Assembly (NCBI GenBank): GCA_002788675.1
Contig: PFRS01000001.1
Location: 170,308 to 234,307 of the forward strand
Reading direction: 5' to 3'
Source of the DNA: Candidatus Pacebacteria bacterium CG_4_9_14_0_2_um_filter_40_15
Lineage (GTDB): Bacteria > Patescibacteriota > Microgenomatia > UBA1400 > PJMF01
DNA: 64,000 nucleotides
The notes beneath the pieces are model-generated. The model had not been told where the DNA came from. It did not search any database and saw nothing but the letters and a program-made list of their open reading frames with translations. The position numbers and the translations under genes are program-made. Shown here piece by piece: positions 60,701 to 64,000 of this stretch (position 1 is the stretch's first letter; each line of letters opens with the position of its first letter).

Positions 60701-63675
60701 GAGGTCTCTACATTGACTATAACCACACAGCAGGAACAGGTGGAACCTACCTCGTCGGTCTTGATGCGGATGTCGATAGTAGTGTTGCCAATGAGATAAT
60801 AATAGGTGGAAGAATTATTGCTGATAATAGTAATGCCGGAACTGGATCGATAGGTCTTATTGTTTTGGGAGGAAATTCAAGCTATGGTTGGAGCGCAACA
60901 GAAGATGTTGGACTCAAAGTTGGTGGAGCTGATTACAGTATAGATATTATGGAAGGAGCGGTTCGCCTAGGAACCTTCGGTATCCTTGCAGAGGGACATG
61001 TTTTGAAACCAAGCTCTACAGCTGCAAATAACATGATCTTCAATAAATATGACTCAGCAGGAGGTTTTTACTTTAGAGCCACTTCAACTGTGGGGGGCAC
61101 TTCCCCATACTCAGATTTACTTGCAATAGACAACGATGGTAACACATGGTTGGGAAAAACTGATGATAACTCACAAACTACTTTAAAAAGACAAAATGGT
61201 ACAACCGAGGGTGGTCATTTAGTTCTACAGCAAGGTGGTTCCTATACTTCTGCTGTAAACATGGATTCATACGGCAATAGCTTCCGCCTTTGGAATGGGC
61301 CAGCAACTACATCTACTGCTGATTTCTTCAACAACAACGGAACTCAAGTTATGAATTTAACCACAGATGGTAGTGCATCTGACTATGCTGAAACAATCTT
61401 TGGAAATTTGGACATGGAGGGTGGAGACATAATTTATGCTGTACCTGCAGAAAATGAAGATGGTGTTAGATCAGAACTCACTACTTCAGAAAATGACTCC
61501 AGAGTTATTGGTGTTATTTCTACAGCACCAGGAACAACGCTAAAAGCACCTATACTGATTGAAGGACAGCTTACAAGAGGAACATTAATTGGTAAATACA
61601 CTCAAGATGTTAAGGCATTATGGCCTGAACTTCAACCTGTGGCGCTTTCAGGTCGTGTTCCAGTCAAAGTCATTACCAATCCAGGCGAAGTAATTGAAGC
61701 TGGTAAAGCAATAGTTTCATCTAAAGAAAAAGGTATCGGTCAAAAAGCAAAAGTTGCTGGAATGAGTGTCGGTAAAACCATGACCTCATTTAACCCAAGT
61801 AGCATGAGCTGTACACCAGTGAGTTCAGTAGATAGCATTAATTGGCCTGCAGATCCAGATGGAAATAATCAAGCCAAACCTTGTTACACACTTCCAGATG
61901 GTCGCCATGTTGGTAAAGTAATGATCATGGTTTCAAATAGTTATGTAGACCCAACCATTCAGATAACAGATAATGGAATGCTTGCTCTTACTACTACAAA
62001 TGGAAGCTTCACTGCAACATATCAAGGCTCTGCACTTTCAACTATTGGAGGCTTCAGCAAAGCTCTCATTGCTGAGCTCAGAGCTGGACTCATTACTACT
62101 CAAAGACTGGTTGTTGAACAAACCGCCACCATCTCTAACCTCAGCGTCAACTCCCTGACTATACAAGGCATGTCGATCGCAGACTACATTGCCGGTATTG
62201 TAAATAGCAGCAGTGTCTCCAACAGTACTGCCCTCATCTCTCCAGTTGGCAACAACACCGTCATTACCACCGCAACAGTCTCAGGCGAAATTGCCTTCAC
62301 CAACACGGATGGCGACACAGTTGCAGCAATCACCGAAGAAGGTGACTTCTCTGCCACAGGTACATCTTCACTTGGTTCACTCCTGGTCCAAAACGATGCA
62401 ACCATCTCTGGCACTCTCACCGTTGCTACCCTCAGTGCCCAAACTTCAAAACTTGGCAGCATCATGGCAGATGGCCCAGCCACCTTCTCTGCAACCGTCA
62501 GCGCAGAATCACTGATTGCCAACCAAATCACAGCAACTTCAACTCGACTCACTCAGATGGAAGCTAAGCTGGCTGAAGTTGAAAAACTCAAAGCAGTTGC
62601 TGCCGAAATCGAAACAGCAACTGTGTCTGGTACGCTCTATGCCAACAACATTGATGGCCTCGACACCAAGATCTACACTGCCACTGCAGCTCAAAAATCA
62701 TCACTGCTCGATATTGTAACTGGCACAGATAGCATCACCAACATTAACGATGTCATTCAAGCGGTCGACAGCGTTGGCTACACAGCAACACAATCGGCAG
62801 ATCTTAACGTCAGTCTCTCAGAACTCACCATGGATACAGATGATATTTCTCTGAATGTTGATGCCCTCTTTGTGAACAAATACTTCAAAGTAAATGGCGG
62901 CGCCTACATTGCTGGAAACTTAGGTATCGGCAACAGCATCTTCGTCGAAAAAGATATCGCAGCAGGAGAATCTGTTACTGTAGCAAACACCCTGACCATC
63001 GGAAGCGACAGCATCGCTTACACTGGCACCAACACTTTTGAAATCCAGCCAGCTGGTACAGGCTCACTCTCACTCATGGCAGGACTGATGATTCTTGAGG
63101 AAAATGGCACAGCAACAGTAAATGGAAACTTCACCATTGAAGGCGACACTACCGTTAAGGGCACACTCTTTGCTGATCTGCTTGCTCCTACAGACTACGG
63201 CAACCCACTCCAGGTGCAGGTTGCAGGTATTTCCGACACTAATGAAGTCAAAAAATCTCGCTTCGAAATCATCGATGAACTCGGCACTCCAGTTGCAACT
63301 ATCTCGGCTGAAGGAAAAGCTGAGTTTGCTGGAGGCGTCAGCTTGCAAGGTGGCCTGAGTGTTGGTACCGAAGATCTCGGAGCAGCCGATCTCAACAACG
63401 TAGACGGCGCTAACCGCCCAATCCTGAACAGTAACAAGACATCTGGTAAAGCCACCATTCCAAGTGGTACCAAAGAAATTACCATTCGCTCTAACAAGGT
63501 TGGGCCAGACTCTCTCATCTACGTGACTCCAGTCGGTAGCACCAACAACAAAGTCCTCTATGTGATCTCTCAACAAGATGAAAACCCAACTGAAAACAGA
63601 CAGGGTGAGTTCGTAGTAGGCTTTGATGAAGCTCTTACCCAAGAGGTGCACCTTAACTGGTGGATAGTGAATTAG
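45736..63675 (+). CDS. Giant (5,979 aa) membrane-anchored fibre with N-terminal integrase SAM-like (core-binding) domain and internal peptidase-G2-like chaperone
   Basis: CSSSTIKNYRSDINQF...SSIRRKLVSIVQFSLWL; TM LAIIMLFAVTLGFFGY; FQGRLTD...PYALN domain; dozens of GNVGIGT repeats; DYAE...VIGVIST.PG...PVALSGRVPVKV. Confidence 0.88.
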   Translation: MTAQSKYLSSIFLSLSTFLESALSHTHERDEAHAVFTEFVASKASLSSQWQLSELHRFLTNSAAHQTVSPSVRDALMMFVQKYPPYQTSVFLHEYLLALKADNCSSSTIKNYRSDINQFVSFTNETEVEKAFTKPKAELFIAAQANKDLKESSIRRKLVSIVQFSLWLQAEGVLHSVSEIETLSDKLPQLIEKAPQKDIPIQEPTRRYSSVPTSSASSFATAKHTLHNQSNAQSSQDIRSRIKSGLATIQNKIQPQAKKQALPYLNLAIIMLFAVTLGFFGYRQFVADADKPLAYPTSPTRPNRVLQFQGRLTDTSQNPITTATDMAFRLYDSNSGGTLLWNSGTCSVTPDQDGIFNADLGSSCGTEISENVFTENSNVWLEVEIDTETLSPRQSIKTVPYALNSETLQGYPIEATGAAIKNTVVTMNNNGEVIFGEVSPTLKAVSGNFSIEAETLTLKTAAGSNGNIALSPDGTGDVLVNSDLFVDGYIAAPGATLSATYAGGTALIARGGPSGSANIQVWQNNAGSALSVVDESGNIGIGTSNPNEALELGSGKSLRFNSLDANHIRFYDSTTETAFIRTEFSGVGPTGNDLILGSDLSSQTLVLERGGNVGIGTNDPSAHLQIANKGEATGTYLLRVDGSAAAGGFKAFGNNIELLTYRGSMNELRVGGAYLSTNPPASGAIIEGNVGIGSSIPAQKLDIVGNLQFSGALMPSGAAGTAGYVLQSNGIGVAPTWVSSATLPGSGLWDVTANVFHPKEAYGDVVDLAIGGTSTASADILLQSNGRAYFGGNVGIGTASGSYPLQVEGDALIHTASSYLYLSRTNTNNRMNYRSWDIDYGARADIRNINAAGILSFWTGGTAAANQRMTIAADGNVGIGTTSPVGLLNVEGAAIGKALSILNETGNQAIFVASASGTNRFIIQNDGNVGIGTSAPTALFQISDRWQGTNSTFGSTNSSGAQLNYTGSVATPIFTFTGDTDTGIGRGGANILNFFTNNTEQVRIASDGNVGIGTTNPQEKLDVLGDVRIRNTSTNTYYFNYNTVHGDGRQELEHIGAGGTSRVFEANGGRAIGFGPEWGASAWGITAPILTTSNSLALVGHIVGGGLITSGTHKSLLIGTPESSPTTGYGITDTIDLGTVSFASNTWSGTRPAMRYTASEHNFRVNSGTGNTNPGTSALFIDANGNIGISSETPIGLFNVDGAAIGKALVILNETGNQDIIAASASGVTRFRVAQDGYVYGERFTDISNSTYYVDPAAVTTSAILNGNVGIGTTTANYTLDIDGELNLTDAIRVAGDAGTLGWFLTSSAGGVNTWTDPASITGAGYWAETDGVLHPKSPYTSVVDLALGGNSTASANIHLQSNGKAYFAGNVGIGTNSPIGLLNIEGAATGKALAILNETGNQAIFTASASGVSKVTIANSGNVGIATTAPQEKLVIASTADQNTRLHLKETGISWSRPIDGFYGWSSTAGSTSITSDNDVSNTPALTYNAYTNHIFQVNQGTLSQGLFIGRDSTSGFAKVRVGTGSTSATSSLLSVNGSATIGNGYISSTAPTNGLLVQGNVGIGLTNPSYLLHVNGASQIDTLRIDQNASNTRLFTGATLELQSNIGGASSAVKISRNGGTAMSSGYTLLELGGSDIASMPSDGYLLKAYDKFVIQGSGNVGIGSITPAYKLDVTGDINLTGALRVAGDAGTSGYILTSTGGSANQWTNPDDIFTAGLWKETNGVFHPKTPYTDVVDLALGGNSTASANIHLQSNGQAYFGGSVGIGSTTPGTTLDVTGTGRFSSTLTASNGLTQTTGALNLTATSGALSLSGLSASSINTGANALTFTSSNFNTTGTGINTTNIGATTRGTGAFTTLAANSTVTLTGVATGTDNTVLVLNGSNQVISDEIDPRVWGTTLVDGSGTTNYLPKWTPDGDSLGNSIVYDNGTNVGIGTNNPGGKLTVAGSTGISRSVNIDNSEIKFRGDGVAHISIFGPDTGRSNLQINVTSASALMGTIGTNIATFATTGNVGIGTTVPGAKLAVSGGNILLDAAQWIGTGIGNGLELGSGSTYTANNALGNVLVNIDSNNNATASYFAVAKDNTGTSGTELFRIQENGNVGIGSATPAYKLDVVGDVSLSGAIRAGGDAGSSTFLLTSSGGGVNTWTDPADLTDAGLWKETNGVFHPKTPYTDVVDLALGGNSTASANIHLQSNGQAYFAGNVAIGTTSPVSIGGAQVLNVYGTGGANVVLGGNNGVVGGTAGSVQYGGRTAIYFSVGNNNYVNGNDRVATINASGNFGIGTTSPIGKLNVEGAAIGKALTILNETGNQDILAASASGTTRFRIAQDGHVYGERFVDISNSSYFVDPAAVTTSAILNGNVGIGTTTANYTLDVDGELNLTDALRVAGDAGTSGYFLTSSAGGANTWTDPASITGAGFWDVTSNVLHPKSPYTGVVDLAIGGNSTASANIHLQSNGQAYFAGNVGIGTSTPNTAKLVLRNSSTEDIFNAFDAGTEVMTIIDGGNVGIGSIAPGTTFDVTGTGRFSSTLTLNGVAAGTDNTVLVLNGSNQVVQDEIDARVWGTTLIDGSGIANYVARFTDADTLATGVLYDNATNVGIGSTSPTSKLDVLGAINASAGYYYGGTGSPLSVELTRTVPTTVDDYVEIGNFNLANGAHNYRISVTVSDTAFSVSKQYIVPVNYNGTANTYKTLLPTVDGGAYSGNNYEVDLNSNANVATLRIRRTQGTTAGTAYVRIESVGKTTDVFTASSATGSTTAPTAYYNPLTQNVATGNVGIGTASPSEKLEVYGSAANIEITASSGNGGIRFANAAGRFQTYLDGSTNNYVIDSLNGGISPSLAVAYTTGYVGIGTTAPATQLESKSLTGVNNYFRLNTTDADNATSANHLQFAEADVVKWDLKTIGNNADRLILDSASVSDVMTFNQDGNVGVGTTAPANLFEVNNGILSIKNDSTSPELRIERVGYNYWRFFNSAGHFYTQPSSGSSDYSIRDASNTSLFIVKGNGNVGIGTTGPGARLDVSGSGTNSKSLILRSGEGTSGFGDSEQIQFAYNGGIEYSQAIRTRHNSSADSGNSIDFYTWDFGTDAVGDAGTLHSMSINGGNVGIGSLNPTATLDVVGSINFNATTITFDDTNLSSAITLTDVDTGFDSADTGIVDAINTAYNAAIGSSGSGGMWTDTTPGAGSGIIYPSSATDDFAVGGTALAAAFSVDESNNLVRIGDGAGSSGSLNMYSSGGDTGSIVFNTSDQWDFSGGDVDFNQGVAIGPGIGEPATDRTLAVGTNFAVDNTTYEIYSSSTITSPTLTADRTSYGMYMNMINNKTEDIAGGFDSDAYGVYGNVYTTGTSTFRTNTGVYGYARNDSTATADLGTLTGTSGIAYQNAISGTIPTAYGLYGAIQGDTGVGSTSIITQAYGNYNQVYAYNSTIPTAYGNFNRVRTINSYSGDITNAYGTYNEVYVDSDVGGDITNGRAGYFITNKRATATNMTNAYGVYIDANSGTTTYGAAIYADDVNATNNYGIYLNALNASAQNYGIWGDSGDWILDADGDGIAGGTGAGGDLVLGESQDFELYHDGTNSYVNNLTGDLYIQSGSNDVILANTGGSVGVGTTSPAAVAFFGGGKTLNLSDTSTNLPNIRLQNATKDFTLGVDGQAAYMYSASALDYRFYTSGTEKFRIATSGNVGIGSTSPGYLFDVAGGTGIVGRFSGRVIGADAVNSDEFVTLSQLTSGTGSYWTRTGTNLLPTTAGDDVYLPTGSVLGVNYDPSTITGGVAAFNGNVGVGTITPGQLLDVVGEIELANYIYFANAATEYLQWNSSDFILSDDLLAASNGASNLGADATRWGGVYVGSSNVHIGATGNEGIVGYDTTNSWLTFDSNGDGAQEMKIESAGNVSIGTTSALSAKFYVHSGTLDNVASFRSGDDLARFEVRDNDGGGFFNVKDQYVSIGGGNSLSIENVNIDTANGNVGMGTTGPGAKLHISGAAANTFIDGDSASGSQMTIRGYTNTNNRLYIGYNTTSDYARIQAITEGTSVRPLALQESGGNVGIGITAPTALLHTLDGDILFDRASVGITQDTASDRNARYLSVLQDHIDVENSDGAYVITVPNTSNTMMNIKITGYNYNSTSGAWEVIIGGYWYDTGDAWINTSVEIKGKAPFNRVRLMKNGTTPVIVLGNDTDVDNWDAPQINVDVDIAGYSGQTGLATGWSAALSTDISALTADDEPAIAYYWNSAGNLGIGTVNPAAFKLEVAGNVGPAADSLYSLGSDTVRWQHIYADQLHVPTITGVAGIWDTDLDTGIQLEEIADEDKIRFDTAGSERMIIGADGNVGIGSTAPTTLLDIKGYKPGEALVKIQDTTGTLEDYVSVASSSGALMFRMAHNGDFYAQKFISRSNNAYFLEPSSIAHGAAIYGNVGIGTSSTPNAKLHVQNSGTEDILNLFDGSTEVLTVLDGGNVGIGTNDPTTKLDVYKAATGTALRVVGSAAGSTQDTSIDLALMNAVTANYGRIGIQATNGGTGIESGDMYFSTVQNGTLSEKMRIIGNGNVGIGTTGPSQLMQINSGSDLNLRISKSTYSDNFDFGISGHTATIGYTAGTATDSNIDISTNGTRRMYLTDDGNVGIGENTAVSAKVHVLEASPLGGSVKQIIQNITTNGWSGLTFWDEGYSEVSRIHHFNSSWATSGAWETDALAIANNIEGINLVADGASGDIEFFTGGQNRRMIIQSDGNVGIGTTTVVSKLQSSGAAQTTSPTGGSAAGTGLYITNTDANYGMMFGVSSSGTGWIQQQRSNAVNTQYPLLLNPIGGNIGIGTTTTNQKLTIGGAGAVLGVDNTAIFQAKNSGGTYESFLWPRWSDNVTYLNYGTGGFNIRNNTSTSSIFVKDDGNVGIGNITNPTQKLQVNGVGMFGTANVSEVLLGMTANTTGHEGLSLYHNGSASFIESIDASVAWHDMTFRGSNFTFSSAGSGNDFHIGSNGNIGIGTTASSDNKLTIISDVTAPSFTNRGLYIDYNHTAGTGGTYLVGLDADVDSSVANEIIIGGRIIADNSNAGTGSIGLIVLGGNSSYGWSATEDVGLKVGGADYSIDIMEGAVRLGTFGILAEGHVLKPSSTAANNMIFNKYDSAGGFYFRATSTVGGTSPYSDLLAIDNDGNTWLGKTDDNSQTTLKRQNGTTEGGHLVLQQGGSYTSAVNMDSYGNSFRLWNGPATTSTADFFNNNGTQVMNLTTDGSASDYAETIFGNLDMEGGDIIYAVPAENEDGVRSELTTSENDSRVIGVISTAPGTTLKAPILIEGQLTRGTLIGKYTQDVKALWPELQPVALSGRVPVKVITNPGEVIEAGKAIVSSKEKGIGQKAKVAGMSVGKTMTSFNPSSMSCTPVSSVDSINWPADPDGNNQAKPCYTLPDGRHVGKVMIMVSNSYVDPTIQITDNGMLALTTTNGSFTATYQGSALSTIGGFSKALIAELRAGLITTQRLVVEQTATISNLSVNSLTIQGMSIADYIAGIVNSSSVSNSTALISPVGNNTVITTATVSGEIAFTNTDGDTVAAITEEGDFSATGTSSLGSLLVQNDATISGTLTVATLSAQTSKLGSIMADGPATFSATVSAESLIANQITATSTRLTQMEAKLAEVEKLKAVAAEIETATVSGTLYANNIDGLDTKIYTATAAQKSSLLDIVTGTDSITNINDVIQAVDSVGYTATQSADLNVSLSELTMDTDDISLNVDALFVNKYFKVNGGAYIAGNLGIGNSIFVEKDIAAGESVTVANTLTIGSDSIAYTGTNTFEIQPAGTGSLSLMAGLMILEENGTATVNGNFTIEGDTTVKGTLFADLLAPTDYGNPLQVQVAGISDTNEVKKSRFEIIDELGTPVATISAEGKAEFAGGVSLQGGLSVGTEDLGAADLNNVDGANRPILNSNKTSGKATIPSGTKEITIRSNKVGPDSLIYVTPVGSTNNKVLYVISQQDENPTENRQGEFVVGFDEALTQEVHLNWWIVN

Positions 63676-63797
63676 TCAATTCGACTAAAATATGGGCACT
63701 GCTAGAATCTTCCCTAACCAGAAAACAAAGCGGTTTTGACACTTAAATAGGCAAAAAAACTCTTGCCGTTTTCGATTTATAAATAAATACAACAACA

Positions 63798-63826
63798 AAA
63801 AGGCCAGGCAATTTGCCTGGCCTTTT
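63798..63826. terminator. Bidirectional terminator between convergent genes
   Basis: AAAAGGCCAGGCAA-T-TTGCCTGGCCTTTT. Confidence 0.8.
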
Positions 63827-63843
63827 CAAAAAAATTCGAACTA

Positions 63844-64000
63844 TTAATCTGCACAAATATAATACGTAGCATCAGTACCAACAACACAAGTACCTGCAAC
63901 ATTACATCTATCCCAGCTTTCACATATTTCAGTGTCGGATAAATTATCAAGATCAACACCCAGCGTAAACCCATCACCCGTAGCATCGACTGCATAGTTT
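63844..64000 (-). CDS. 3' end of a gene entering from the right, possibly a type IV pilin/GspG-like protein
   Basis: My translation NYAVDATGDGFTLGVDLDNLSDTEICESWDRCNVAGTCVVGTDATYYICAD*; Y....F.L...L plus a Cys-rich end resembles CPR pilin C-termini. Confidence 0.4.
   Translation of the reverse strand, partial: NYAVDATGDGFTLGVDLDNLSDTEICESWDRCNVAGTCVVGTDATYYICAD

Noticed and set aside
20667-63651. Many short antisense or alternate-frame ORFs inside the fibre, atp and leuS genes
   Set aside because: Shadow ORFs produced by the codon bias of long Gly/Thr/Ser-rich or conserved genes.
12430-63826. Shared GCCAGGC/GCCTGGC stem in two hairpins as a REP family
   Set aside because: Only two copies, both explained as terminators between convergent transcripts.

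Overview
AT-rich bacterial chromosome segment. Gene content and style point to a Patescibacteria/CPR (Microgenomates-like) organism; this is inferred, not checked against a database. The housekeeping backbone comprises rplJ-rplL with an L10 leader, a BldC/Xis-like HTH gene, a WecB/TagA glycosyltransferase, murL-murD2, an EEP nuclease, a degenerate mreB, PEGA and HD proteins, tRNA-Arg(CCT), ndk, an M16 peptidase, argS and leuS. From about 17 kb to 64 kb the window is dominated by cell-surface machinery: (1) comEA and a split comEC downstream of a ~2,260-aa fibre gene with a peptidase S74 chaperone; (2) a divergently transcribed F1-like ATPase operon with no subunit a, whose c-like subunit lacks the ion-binding carboxylate and is fused to an extracellular domain resembling the fibre chaperone domain; (3) a WxL/DUF916-like surface cluster; (4) a PaaX-like regulator; (5) a 5,979-aa fibre whose N-terminus is a tyrosine-recombinase core-binding (SAM-like) domain placed before a transmembrane helix. 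Two amino-acid-sensing RNA controls absent from the ORF track are visible: a T-box-like leader on argS and a Leu-rich leader-peptide attenuator on leuS. The best candidates for an undescribed system are the ion-uncoupled F1-like motor and the fibre carrying a DNA-binding domain, possibly acting together.
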